Notes: a model not told the origin generated them from the sequence alone. DNA of 64,000 nt from Flavobacterium sp. (GCF_044360715.1 NZ_JBIKJY010000013.1:1254-65253); one strand, 5' to 3'. Counted from the stretch's first letter, positions 34,892-44,395 are shown. Made by a program: numbers and translations.

Positions 34892-36625
34892 TTATTCCAA
34901 AACTCTATAAACTGGATAACGCATAAACTCTTTTTCAAAGTATTTTGAATGTTTGTACACCCAATATAATTGGTCGTTGCCATTTTCTGCGAAAGCTTTG
35001 TCGGTTTGTTTTTTAGTTTCGAATTCTTGTTTTAATGTTGGATTTTCCTCTAAAATTTGTTTCGCGACATCTTCAAAAACGTAACTGGAATAGCCCTCTT
35101 TTTGTTGTAAAATCGTATCGAAAAAATTCCAATTAAAATAAGAATCAACGGCTTCTGGTTCTAAGGTTTCTAATAAATACTTCACACCAAATTGATTCGT
35201 TGAAATTTTATAATCACCAGCTCTAAATTCCATTTTCTCTATATTTTTTGTTACGGTAGTATTGTAATGTCCGTAATGCCCTTCGTACGCATTTTTTCCA
35301 GTTTGATAAGTGTCGATTTTATAGATTTCTACTTCAAAAATTTCATTTTGAGAAATTTGTGTCATTTCTATGTTATTCAATTTCAGTAATTCTATAATTT
35401 GCCATTGGCTTTGTGGTACTACGTAATACTTAGGAATAGAAACAAATTTTGTTGGTTTGTAATTTCCATAGAAAGGTATTTTCTTTGTAAAAGGTTTATT
35501 TCTATCATAAAACAATCTGTCTTTTCCAGATATATCACTTGGTTTGTAACCACCTTCATATCCTTTAAAATCCATATAAGATACTTTTGTAGAATCAATT
35601 ACCCAACTTAATGGATATTGTTTTCCTGATTTAATATCTTCCAAATTGGCTTTTCTTACTTGTTTGATTTTTTCCCAATTCGTATCGGTATAATTTATAG
35701 CTGTCACCATAAATTCATACGTTGTTTTTACACGGTCTTTGTAGGGTTTCAACATATGTGTTTCAGGCACAAAACCTAACGTATTAAATAGTGTAGTATA
35801 ACCTGTGGCATAACGTGGCGTATCGGTAAATTGTTCATATCCTAAATCAGGTTTTGCTCCATGAATATTCACATACGGAATTACGTCAATTTTCTTTTTT
35901 TGCATGTCGTTTACCATTTCTGGATACATTTCATTTTTGAAAAAGTTGCCTAATTTCTTACCTAAACGTTCGTGTTGTGTAGCAATACAAGTAAAAGTAT
36001 ATTGATAATCGGCGCCATTTGAAACGTGATTGTCTAAAAAAACATCAGGATTAACTGTATGAAATAATTCTTGAAAACTTCTTGAATTTCGAGTATCCGA
36101 TTTTATAAAATCTCTATTTAAATCGTAATTTCTACCATTTCCTCTAAATCCGTAGGCTTCAGGTCCGTTTTGATTGGCTCGAGAAAACGAATTTCTATTT
36201 AACATTCCATCAATATTATACACTGGAATAGCAACAACCATCGTATTTTTTGGTACTTTTATTTTTGCATTTGACAAATCTCGCATCAACATCATAGTAG
36301 CATCAATTCCGTCAGGTTCTCCAGGATGAATACCGTTATTGATTAATAAAACGGCTTTGTTTTGATTGAAAGTAAAATTATTATTCTCAGAAAATATTAT
36401 TATGTGTAAAGGTTTTCCACTATCTGTTAGTCCCATAGTTCGCATTTCAATTTTATCTGAATTGGCTGCTAACAATTGATAAAATGAAATACAATCTTCA
36501 TACGTAGTAGATTGATTTTTATTTCCTTTTTCGTAAGGAGTTAACAAATTATTTTGAGCAGTTACCGATAAACAAGAAAAAACAAAGAGTAGAATATAGC
36601 GCATAATTGAATATTTGAATTTCAA
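34892..36625 (-). CDS. M14 family zinc carboxypeptidase (secreted)
   Basis: 577 aa. It has a signal peptide, the HPGE zinc motif (NNGIHPGEPDG) and NRDF. Confidence 0.85.
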   Translation of the reverse strand: MKFKYSIMRYILLFVFSCLSVTAQNNLLTPYEKGNKNQSTTYEDCISFYQLLAANSDKIEMRTMGLTDSGKPLHIIIFSENNNFTFNQNKAVLLINNGIHPGEPDGIDATMMLMRDLSNAKIKVPKNTMVVAIPVYNIDGMLNRNSFSRANQNGPEAYGFRGNGRNYDLNRDFIKSDTRNSRSFQELFHTVNPDVFLDNHVSNGADYQYTFTCIATQHERLGKKLGNFFKNEMYPEMVNDMQKKKIDVIPYVNIHGAKPDLGYEQFTDTPRYATGYTTLFNTLGFVPETHMLKPYKDRVKTTYEFMVTAINYTDTNWEKIKQVRKANLEDIKSGKQYPLSWVIDSTKVSYMDFKGYEGGYKPSDISGKDRLFYDRNKPFTKKIPFYGNYKPTKFVSIPKYYVVPQSQWQIIELLKLNNIEMTQISQNEIFEVEIYKIDTYQTGKNAYEGHYGHYNTTVTKNIEKMEFRAGDYKISTNQFGVKYLLETLEPEAVDSYFNWNFFDTILQQKEGYSSYVFEDVAKQILEENPTLKQEFETKKQTDKAFAENGNDQLYWVYKHSKYFEKEFMRYPVYRVLE

Positions 36626-36640
36626 AAGTAAGAATTTTAA

Positions 36641-36710
36641 ATGTCAATATCAATTTCAATTTCAAAAATCAATTTCAATGTCAATTACAATTTAAAAAAT
36701 CAATTTCAAT
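36641..36710. repeat. Array of ATCAATTTCAAT motifs in a divergent promoter region
   Basis: The 12-mer occurs at 36649-60, 36668-79 and 36699-710. The last two extend to an identical 16-mer, aaaaatcaatttcaat, 31 bp apart. Confidence 0.8.
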
Positions 36711-36751
36711 ACTCCGGAAAACGTATAATTGAATATTGGCAAATTAAAAAC

Positions 36752-36759
36752 TACCTTTG
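36752..36759 (+). promoter_or_regulatory. -7 promoter box TACCTTTG ending 4 nt before the ATG at 36764
   Basis: Exact TAnnTTTG match. A TTG lies 20 nt upstream at 36729-31. Confidence 0.45.
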
Positions 36760-36763
36760 CAGT

Positions 36764-38113
36764 ATGAATAAAAATTTACATTCCAACAATATACTTTTGA
36801 ATTTAGGTATCGAAAGTTTAAATAAAATGCAGGTAGCTGCAGAAACATCAATATTAATTGATTCTGATGTGGTGCTACTTTCACCAACGGGTTCAGGTAA
36901 AACGTTGGCTTTTTTATTGCCGATTTTTCAACTTTTAGAAGAAGACAATAATAAAGTGCAATGTATGATTATTGTGCCTTCACGCGAATTAGGATTACAA
37001 ATTGAACAAGTTTGGAAAAAAATGGCCACTACTTTTAAAGTTAATATTTGTTATGGCGGGCATTCTATTGAAACAGAAATTAAAAATTTAAGCAATCCAC
37101 CAGCTGTTTTAATTGGTACTCCTGGAAGATTAGCAGACCATTTAGAAAGAGAAACCTTTGATCCAAAATACATAAAAACCTTAGTTTTAGATGAATTTGA
37201 CAAATCATTACAATTAGGATTTCACGAAGAAATGCGTTTTATCATAGGGAAATTAACAAATTTAGAAAAGCGAATTTTAGTTTCGGCAACAGATGGAGTG
37301 GAAGTTCCAAAATATACCAGAATTGAAAATCCGAATGTTTTAAATTATATTGATAAGAAAAAAACAGAAACTAATTTAGATTTTAAATTGGTGATTTCTA
37401 AAGAAAAAGATAAGGTTAATTCTTTATTTCATTTAATATGTTCTTTGAAATCTCAGAATGCAATTATTTTCTGTAATCATAGAGAAGCAGTAGAACGAAT
37501 TAGTGATTATTTAAATGACAAAGGCATTTTCTCTGTATTTTATCACGGAGGATTAGAACAAGAAGAACGTGAACGTGCTTTAATTCAGTTTAGAAATGGC
37601 AGTATTTCGTATTTAATTACAACCGATTTAGGGGCTCGTGGATTGGACATTCCAGAAATGAAAAATGTAATTCATTATCATTTGCCTTCAAAAGTAGATG
37701 AGTTTACCCATAGAAATGGTCGTACCGCACGTATGATGGCATCTGGAACGGCATACATTATTATTCACGAAAGTGAGAAAAAAGTAGATTACATTGATTA
37801 TGATATGAAGAAAATTGATGTTTCTAATTATAGTGTCATCCCGAAACCACCAGAATTTAAAACGATTTACATTAGTGGTGGTAAGAAAAATAAATTAAAT
37901 AAAGTAGATATTTTAGGTTTCTTTTCTCAAAAAGGAAAATTAGAAAAAGGCGACTTAGGTTTAATTGAAGTTAAAGATTTCGTATCGTTTGCCGCAGTAA
38001 AATATGCTAAAGTGGTGCCATTACTTCAAAATATTAAGGATGAAAAAATGAAAGGCAAAAAATATAAAATTGAAGTTGCTCGAGACGTTGTTAAAAACGC
38101 ATTACAGGATTAA
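36764..38113 (+). CDS. DEAD/DEAH box RNA helicase with a DbpA-type C-terminal RNA-binding domain
   Basis: Q motif LNKMQ, Walker A PTGSGKT, DEFD box, SAT, and HRNGRTAR. The start at 36764 is preferred because the first 41 codons of the track ORF are the repeat array. Confidence 0.85.
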   Translation: MNKNLHSNNILLNLGIESLNKMQVAAETSILIDSDVVLLSPTGSGKTLAFLLPIFQLLEEDNNKVQCMIIVPSRELGLQIEQVWKKMATTFKVNICYGGHSIETEIKNLSNPPAVLIGTPGRLADHLERETFDPKYIKTLVLDEFDKSLQLGFHEEMRFIIGKLTNLEKRILVSATDGVEVPKYTRIENPNVLNYIDKKKTETNLDFKLVISKEKDKVNSLFHLICSLKSQNAIIFCNHREAVERISDYLNDKGIFSVFYHGGLEQEERERALIQFRNGSISYLITTDLGARGLDIPEMKNVIHYHLPSKVDEFTHRNGRTARMMASGTAYIIIHESEKKVDYIDYDMKKIDVSNYSVIPKPPEFKTIYISGGKKNKLNKVDILGFFSQKGKLEKGDLGLIEVKDFVSFAAVKYAKVVPLLQNIKDEKMKGKKYKIEVARDVVKNALQD

Positions 38114-38124
38114 ATTATTTAATC

Positions 38125-38199
38125 TTGTCATTTCGACGTAAGGAGAAATCCCATATTTTTAATAGTTTTATGTGATTTCTCCTTACGTCGAAATGACAA
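38125..38199. repeat. Perfect 26-bp inverted repeat (ttgtcatttcgacgtaaggagaaatc) with a 23-nt loop
   Basis: The arms at 38125-50 and 38174-99 are exact reverse complements. The repeat lies between the convergent helicase and coaD genes. Confidence 0.95.
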
Positions 38200-38223
38200 A
38201 AATGAGTATATTTTTATTCTAAC

Positions 38224-38682
38224 TTATATTTTACCAATAACTGAATCTGGAACAAAAGCCGAAGCATCGCCACCATTTCGTATCACATCACGCACAATAC
38301 TTGACGATATATATGATGTTTTTGCAGCGGTTAATAAAAACACAGTTTCAATTTTTGACAATCGTCTGTTCGTATGTGCAATTGCTTTTTCGAATTCAAA
38401 ATCAGCTGGATTACGCAACCCACGTAATATAAATTGGGCTTTTTCTTCTTTGCATAAATCGATAGTTAAGCCTGTATAGGTAATCACTTTTACTTTTGGT
38501 TCGTCTTTAAAAGTGTCTTCTATAAAAAGTTTTCTGTCTTCTAAAGTAAACATATACTTTTTATCAGCATTAATACCAATGGCTACAATTACTTCATCAA
38601 ATAAAGAAATACCACGCTTAATTATATCGTAATGTCCGTTTGTAATTGGGTCAAAAGAACCTGGGAATATTGCTTTTTTCAT
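38224..38682 (-). CDS. coaD: Pantetheine-phosphate adenylyltransferase
   Basis: 152 aa. Motif FPGSFDPITNGH. Confidence 0.95.
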   Translation of the reverse strand: MKKAIFPGSFDPITNGHYDIIKRGISLFDEVIVAIGINADKKYMFTLEDRKLFIEDTFKDEPKVKVITYTGLTIDLCKEEKAQFILRGLRNPADFEFEKAIAHTNRRLSKIETVFLLTAAKTSYISSSIVRDVIRNGGDASAFVPDSVIGKI

Positions 38683-38727
38683 AATTAATATTTTTAAATA
38701 TTTGATTCCGTTAGTACACTAATTGGT

Positions 38728-39714
38728 TTATTTCTTCCAAATTGGTTTTCTTTCCAAAGCTAATTTAATTTCGTTTTCTAATAAATCTGAAAAATTTAAA
38801 TTAGCGTAAGCGGCTTGCTGTGGAAATATACTTTGTGGACTTAATCCTGGATTGGTGTTGATTTCGATAAAATGTGGAATGTCGTTCATCACAATAAAAT
38901 CGATTCGAGAAAAACCTTGCATTCCTAGAGCTTCATATATTTTGGTAGCAGATTGTTCTACTAATTCTGAAACTTCGTGAGACAATCGGGCAGGCGTAAT
39001 TTCTTCTGATTTTCCTAAATATTTGGCTTCATAATCGAAAAAATCATTTCCAGAAACAATTTCTGTTATCCCTAAAACTCTTGTATTTCCGTTCAATTTC
39101 ATCACACCAACAGAAATTTCGACTCCTTTTAGTTGTGATTCAATTAAAATATCGTTGTCTTCAGCAAAAGCAAATGTTAATGCTTTGTCTAATTCTGACA
39201 GTTCTTTTACCATAGAAATCCCTAAACTACTACCAGATTGATTGGGTTTTACAAAAAATGGAAAACCTAACATTTTAGCAATTCTTTCACCATCAATTTC
39301 TTGCCCTTTAGTAACGTAAACCGAATTTGCTTTTGGAATATCAAATTTTCCTAAAACGGATAACGTATCGCGTTTACTAAACGTTAATGCGCTTTGATAG
39401 AACCCACAACCGGTGTAAGGCAAATCAATTAACTCCCAATAGGATTGTAAATGACCGTCTTCGCCTGGAGTACCGTGAATGGTGTTTACAGCCACATCAA
39501 ATTTTACAGAATTTCCATTGTGTTCAAATGAAAAATCGGCTCTATTTATAGGTAATTTTTGGTCGCCCATTTTTACATACCAACCTTCATTTAGAATATG
39601 AACTTCGTAAACTTCGTGTATATCTTTATTTAAATGGTTTAAAATAAGTTGTCCGCTTCTTAAAGAAATTACAGATTCGTCTGAATATCCGCCCATTACA
39701 ACTGCTATCTTCAT
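38728..39714 (-). CDS. ddl: D-alanine--D-alanine ligase
   Basis: 328 aa. It has the ATP-grasp layout, HG..GEDG, and FIEINTNPG. Confidence 0.9.
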   Translation of the reverse strand: MKIAVVMGGYSDESVISLRSGQLILNHLNKDIHEVYEVHILNEGWYVKMGDQKLPINRADFSFEHNGNSVKFDVAVNTIHGTPGEDGHLQSYWELIDLPYTGCGFYQSALTFSKRDTLSVLGKFDIPKANSVYVTKGQEIDGERIAKMLGFPFFVKPNQSGSSLGISMVKELSELDKALTFAFAEDNDILIESQLKGVEISVGVMKLNGNTRVLGITEIVSGNDFFDYEAKYLGKSEEITPARLSHEVSELVEQSATKIYEALGMQGFSRIDFIVMNDIPHFIEINTNPGLSPQSIFPQQAAYANLNFSDLLENEIKLALERKPIWKK

Positions 39715-39770
39715 AAAAAAATAATTGTTTCTGTTTTATACAAAAATATCATAAAATGTTTTACTTTTCT

Positions 39771-39778
39771 TATATTTG
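39771..39778 (+). promoter_or_regulatory. -7 promoter box TATATTTG upstream of the PASTA gene
   Basis: Exact TAnnTTTG match. It contains the TTG that the ORF track used as a start, which argues for the ATG at 39794. Confidence 0.45.
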
Positions 39779-39793
39779 CGAAAATATATTTCA

Positions 39794-40408
39794 ATGAGTT
39801 TAAGAAAGTTTTTAACCAGTTCCACATTTTTCAAAAATTTATTTTTTGCATTAGTGATTGTTATCCTATTTTTAGTAGTGTTTGTGAAGTTTTTAGATTT
39901 CAGTACCAATCACGGCGAAGAAATAAAGGTTCCAGATTTATCTAAAATGAAATTAGAAATTGCCGAAGAAAAACTGGATGAGGAAGGTTTAGAAGTTTTT
40001 TTATTAGATACAGTTGAATTTAAACCAGAATTCCCGCCTTATACTATCGTAGAACAAGATCCAATTGCAGGTTCAAAAGTAAAAAATGGTCGTAAAATTT
40101 ACGTAAAGCTAAATGCTGGCGGTTATGCTATGGTTACTTTTCCAGATTTAAAAAACAAAACATTTCGTCAGGCTACAAATGCTTTAAGAGCATTAGGATT
40201 AGTAGAAGGCGAATTAAAATATGTTCCAGATTTAGCAAAAGATATTGTTCTTGAAGTTTCATATAATGGAAGAACTGTAAAAGCGGGTGATAAATTAATG
40301 AAAAATTCTAAAATCGATTTTGTCTTAGGAGACGGGAAAGATATGTTTAAAGATGAAGATTTAGATTCAATCCCAAATAATGAACAAATTAACGATAGTA
40401 TAGAATAA
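39794..40408 (+). CDS. PASTA domain-containing membrane-anchored protein
   Basis: An N-terminal TM helix is followed by repeated PASTA-like segments (VPDL...A...L). The stop overlaps the next ATG (TAATG). Confidence 0.7.
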   Translation: MSLRKFLTSSTFFKNLFFALVIVILFLVVFVKFLDFSTNHGEEIKVPDLSKMKLEIAEEKLDEEGLEVFLLDTVEFKPEFPPYTIVEQDPIAGSKVKNGRKIYVKLNAGGYAMVTFPDLKNKTFRQATNALRALGLVEGELKYVPDLAKDIVLEVSYNGRTVKAGDKLMKNSKIDFVLGDGKDMFKDEDLDSIPNNEQINDSIE

Positions 40409-41448
40409 TGCAAGAATTTATTGATGAGAATGAAACGGCTGATGAAGATTTATATGAACATCATCGGTTTGAAATAGCGAAAGGGCAACAACCTTTACGT
40501 ATAGATAAATTTTTGATAAACAGTATTGAAAATACTACAAGAAGTAAAATTCAGAAAGCAGCTGATGCGGGAACTATTTTCGTAAACGATTGTGCTGTAA
40601 AATCCAATTATAAAGTAAAACCGGACGATGTAATTAGAGTGATGCTTGAACATCCGCCGTATGAACACTTATTAAAAGGTGAAAATATTCCAATTGATAT
40701 TGTTTACGAAGATGATCAAGTTATTGTTGTAAACAAACCTGCAGGAATGGTAGTGCATCCTGGACACGGAAATTATTCAGGAACTTTAGTAAATGCATTG
40801 GCGTATCATTTTGATAATTTACCAATGAATAGCAGTGAAAGACCTGGGTTGGTTCATCGAATTGACAAAGATACTTCAGGACTTTTAGTCGTTGCCAAAA
40901 CAGAAGAAGCTATGTTGCATTTGACCAAACAATTTGCTGCAAAAACTTCAGAACGTGAATATTATGCTATAGTTTGGGGAAATATTGAAGAAGACGAAGG
41001 AACTATTGAAGGAAACATAGACCGTCATCCGATAAATAGAATGCAAATGCACGTTTATCCAGAAGGTGAGCAAGGAAAACCTGCGATTACACATTTTAAA
41101 GTTATTGAACGTTTAGGTTATGTGACTGTGGTTTCTTGCCAATTAGAAACAGGAAGAACACACCAAATTCGTGTACACATGAAATATATCGGACATACCC
41201 TTTTTAATGATGAACGTTATGGAGGTGATAAAATTTTAAAAGGAACTACGTTTACCAAGTACAAACAATTTATAGATAACTGTTTTAAAACATTACCTAG
41301 ACAAGCACTTCATGCTAGAACACTAGGTTTTGAACATCCTACAACTGGTGAATTTTTACGTTTTACAAGTGAAATCCCTGAAGAAATTACGTCATGTATT
41401 GAAAAATGGCGCGTGTACAGTAAAGCAGTACAAATAGAAGAAGATTAA
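40408..41448 (+). CDS. RluA family pseudouridine synthase (RluD-like, with S4 domain)
   Basis: 346 aa. Motif HRIDKDTSGLLVVAK. Confidence 0.9.
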   Translation: MQEFIDENETADEDLYEHHRFEIAKGQQPLRIDKFLINSIENTTRSKIQKAADAGTIFVNDCAVKSNYKVKPDDVIRVMLEHPPYEHLLKGENIPIDIVYEDDQVIVVNKPAGMVVHPGHGNYSGTLVNALAYHFDNLPMNSSERPGLVHRIDKDTSGLLVVAKTEEAMLHLTKQFAAKTSEREYYAIVWGNIEEDEGTIEGNIDRHPINRMQMHVYPEGEQGKPAITHFKVIERLGYVTVVSCQLETGRTHQIRVHMKYIGHTLFNDERYGGDKILKGTTFTKYKQFIDNCFKTLPRQALHARTLGFEHPTTGEFLRFTSEIPEEITSCIEKWRVYSKAVQIEED

Positions 41449-41470
41449 TTTAATCGAAATTATAAGTTAT

Positions 41471-41505
41471 AAAAAAAGCAATTAGATTTCTAATTGCTTT
41501 TTTTT
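41471..41505. terminator. Bidirectional terminator
   Basis: A7, then agcaattag...ctaattgct hairpin, then T8. Confidence 0.8.
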
Positions 41506-41522
41506 ATGAGTATTAAAATAAA

Positions 41523-42587
41523 TTATACTTTAACCGTCCAACCAAACGTGTCGTCTGCTAATTTGTATTGTATATTATTTAATTTTTCTTTTAAACTTAA
41601 TGCAAATGAATTTTCTAATTTAGGTAATTCAAAATATTCTTCTTTATATGAGAAACCTACAATCGGATTAATAACTGCAGCAGTTCCCGCACCGAAAATT
41701 TCTTTCAACGTACCATTTTTTGCAGCAGCAACTAATTCATCTACTAAAACAGGGCGAACTTCTGTGGTTATATTATCTCTTTTAGCAATATCTAAAACAG
41801 ACTTTCTGGTAACACCATCTAAAATTCGTTCCGAAGTAGGAGCAGTTAATAACGTATCTCCAATTCTAAAGAATACATTCATCGTTCCTGCTTCTTCTAA
41901 TTTTGTATGTGTGGCGTCGTCAGTCCAAATAATTTGTTGATATCCTAAATCATTTGCTAATTTTGTTGGATAAAATTGTGCTGAATAATTTCCAGCGGCT
42001 TTTGCAGCGCCAATTCCACCATTTGCCGCACGACTATAATGTTCTGCAATAATTACCTTTACTTCTCCAGAATAATATGATTTAGCTGGCGATAAAATAA
42101 TCATAAAACGATATTGTGAAGATGGTTGCGCAATTACGCCGCTTCCAATAGCAATCATAAACGGTCTAATGTATAATGAATTCCCATTTCCAAACTTCAC
42201 CCAATCTCTTTCTAAATTCAATAACGATTTTAATCCGTCAATAAAAATTTCTTCAGGAACTTCGGGCATTGCCATACGAACAGCACTTTTATTAAATCGC
42301 GTATGATTTTCATCTGGACGAAACATCCATACATCGTCATTAGCATCTTTATAGGCTTTCATTCCTTCAAAAATAGCTTGTCCGTAATGAAACACTTTGG
42401 CAGAAGGGTCAATTGTAAATGGTTCGTACGCCTTAATTATTGGTTGTTCCCAAGCTCCATTTTTAAAATCACAAATTAACATATGATCTGTAAACGTATT
42501 TCCGAAGGTTAGGTTTTCAAAATCTACTTCATTAATTTTTGAAGTAGGGTTTTTTATGATTTTAATATCGTTTGTTATGCTACTCAT
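41523..42587 (-). CDS. ilvE: Branched-chain amino acid aminotransferase
   Basis: 354 aa. The fold-type IV motifs match, and a KA(A)GNY-type PLP lysine region is present. Confidence 0.9.
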   Translation of the reverse strand: MSSITNDIKIIKNPTSKINEVDFENLTFGNTFTDHMLICDFKNGAWEQPIIKAYEPFTIDPSAKVFHYGQAIFEGMKAYKDANDDVWMFRPDENHTRFNKSAVRMAMPEVPEEIFIDGLKSLLNLERDWVKFGNGNSLYIRPFMIAIGSGVIAQPSSQYRFMIILSPAKSYYSGEVKVIIAEHYSRAANGGIGAAKAAGNYSAQFYPTKLANDLGYQQIIWTDDATHTKLEEAGTMNVFFRIGDTLLTAPTSERILDGVTRKSVLDIAKRDNITTEVRPVLVDELVAAAKNGTLKEIFGAGTAAVINPIVGFSYKEEYFELPKLENSFALSLKEKLNNIQYKLADDTFGWTVKV

Positions 42588-42698
42588 TATGTTTTTTTAT
42601 ATATATCGGATTTCCGAATTTTTTACAAATTTATTAAATAAAATATTGTTGAAGATTCATTTTTTCAATAATTATTAACAAAGTTTCGTATTATTGAT

Positions 42699-42706
42699 TA
42701 ATTTTG
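42699..42706 (+). promoter_or_regulatory. -7 promoter box TAATTTTG upstream of the DUF4920 gene
   Basis: Exact TAnnTTTG match. It contains the TTG used as a start in the ORF track; the real ATG is at 42737. Confidence 0.45.
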
Positions 42707-42736
42707 TTTTTTATTTCACCTAATAAATCTATAATT

Positions 42737-43222
42737 ATGAAGCGAATACTATTAATTTTACCATTATTTATACTAACAATTTCCTGTACTAAAAAGGAAA
42801 CTAAAACAGAATCTAAACCTGTATATGCAGCTTTTGGTGAGAAAATAACGGAAGAGAGTGCCGTATCAAAAGAGGTTTTATTAGAAAAATATAAAACGTT
42901 AAAAAAAGGAGATACTTTAGCAGTTAAAGTAGCTTCAAAAATTAATGAAATTTGTCAAAACAAAGGGTGTTGGATGACTTTAGATTTAGGAAATGAAGAA
43001 ACAGCATTTGTTAAGTTTAAAGATTATGGTTTTTTTGTACCTATGAATGCTCAAAAAAGAGAAACTATTATTGAAGGTAAAGCGTTTGTGGAAGAAACTT
43101 CTGTAGCAGAATTAAAGCATTATGCTGAAGACGAAGGAAAAACTCCAGAAGAAATCGCAAAAATTATAGCACCAAAAACGGAATACAAATTTTTAGCTCA
43201 CGGCGTTTTAATATCTAAGTAA
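42737..43222 (+). CDS. DUF4920 domain lipoprotein (Cys pair CQNKGCWM)
   Basis: Lipobox LTISC and the family motif C....GCWM are present. The stop overlaps the next start (TAATG). Confidence 0.75.
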   Translation: MKRILLILPLFILTISCTKKETKTESKPVYAAFGEKITEESAVSKEVLLEKYKTLKKGDTLAVKVASKINEICQNKGCWMTLDLGNEETAFVKFKDYGFFVPMNAQKRETIIEGKAFVEETSVAELKHYAEDEGKTPEEIAKIIAPKTEYKFLAHGVLISK

Positions 43223-43653
43223 TGAAATATTACGTGCTATTTTTATCTGTTTTATTTATAAGTTGTAATCAAAATAAAACGGAAGAAGAAATTTCAACTT
43301 GTGAAAAACCAAAAGCCGATTTTGAAATGTATGAAGCATCTGAAATGGCAGCTTTAATGGAGCAAATGTATGTGCATAACAAACAACTTCGTGAAAAAAT
43401 AATTAAAAAAGATTCATTAGGAGAAATGCCTAAATATTTCTTGAATATTTCTGAAGCTACAATGACTAAAGGAAAAGATAGAGACGATTTTTTTAATACT
43501 AAATCTGGGTTTTTCTTAAAAACACAATCTGAAATTTACGATTCTAAAAACAGTAAAGAAAGTTTTAATACAATGGTAGACGCTTGTGTCAGTTGCCACG
43601 AAGTGAAATGTGGTGGACCTATAGCAAGAATAAAAACATTATACATAAAGTAA
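43222..43653 (+). CDS. Hypothetical lipoprotein with a CxxCH haem-c-type motif
   Basis: 143 aa. It has lipobox LFISC and, near the C-terminus, the motif CVSCHEVKCGGP. Confidence 0.6.
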   Translation: MKYYVLFLSVLFISCNQNKTEEEISTCEKPKADFEMYEASEMAALMEQMYVHNKQLREKIIKKDSLGEMPKYFLNISEATMTKGKDRDDFFNTKSGFFLKTQSEIYDSKNSKESFNTMVDACVSCHEVKCGGPIARIKTLYIK

Positions 43654-43669
43654 ATGCAAATCAAAATAT

Positions 43670-43697
43670 AAAACCAGAAATGAATTCTGGTTTTTTT
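43670..43697 (+). terminator. Rho-independent terminator
   Basis: accagaa...ttctggt hairpin followed by T-run. Confidence 0.75.
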
Positions 43698-43796
43698 ATT
43701 TTTATCCCGATTAACAATAGTTATAAATTCCTTAAAATTTAATTTTTTTAATTCACGAGTCTTACTTTTTTGTAATTTTATAGAAATAAAAAAATT

Positions 43797-44297
43797 ATGA
43801 AAAATATATTTATTATTTTATTGGCATTTAGTTTTGTTTCGTGTAACAGTCAAAATAAAAATGCAGAACAAGTAAAATCGACTTCAAAAAAAGATACTAT
43901 GGATTTTAAAATTGTGAAAACAGATGCAGAATGGAAAGCTCAACTTTCCCCAGAAGCCTATACTGTTTTAAGAGAAAAAGGAACCGAGCGCCCTTATACT
44001 GGAGAATACGACAAACATTTCGAAAAAGGGATGTATGTGTGTGCTGCTTGTGAAAATCCGTTATTTACATCAGATACTAAATTTGATTCACATTGTGGAT
44101 GGCCTTCTTTTGATGAAGCAATTAAAGGTGCAACCATATATCATAAAGATACCTCGTATGGTATGATTCGTACAGAAGTCATGTGTGCTAAATGTGGTGG
44201 GCATTTAGGTCATGTTTTTGATGACGGACCTCAAGAAACTACAGGGCAGCGTTATTGTACCAATTCGGTTTCAATAAAGTTTTTACCTGCTAAATAA
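43797..44297 (+). CDS. msrB: Peptide-methionine (R)-S-oxide reductase, exported lipoprotein form
   Basis: 166 aa. It has lipobox FVSC, two CxxC zinc motifs (CAAC, CAKC) and the catalytic motif RYCTNS. Confidence 0.9.
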   Translation: MKNIFIILLAFSFVSCNSQNKNAEQVKSTSKKDTMDFKIVKTDAEWKAQLSPEAYTVLREKGTERPYTGEYDKHFEKGMYVCAACENPLFTSDTKFDSHCGWPSFDEAIKGATIYHKDTSYGMIRTEVMCAKCGGHLGHVFDDGPQETTGQRYCTNSVSIKFLPAK

Positions 44298-44395
44298 TTC
44301 TTTATAAAGCAATTCAAAAACAACTAAAACTAAATTTTCTCATTCTAATATATAATTTTATCTTCGCATCTGCGTTATTATAGAATAACAGAAAC

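Noticed and set aside
36641-36763. N-terminal extensions of track ORFs: 36641 for the helicase, 34353 for pyrE, 34256 for NUDIX, 62093 for the MFS porter, 11424, 12417, and the TTG starts at 39776, 42704 and 52082.
   Set aside because: Each extension lacks family sequence and runs through repeats, promoter boxes or the neighbouring gene. In each case an internal ATG gives the canonical N-terminus or signal peptide.
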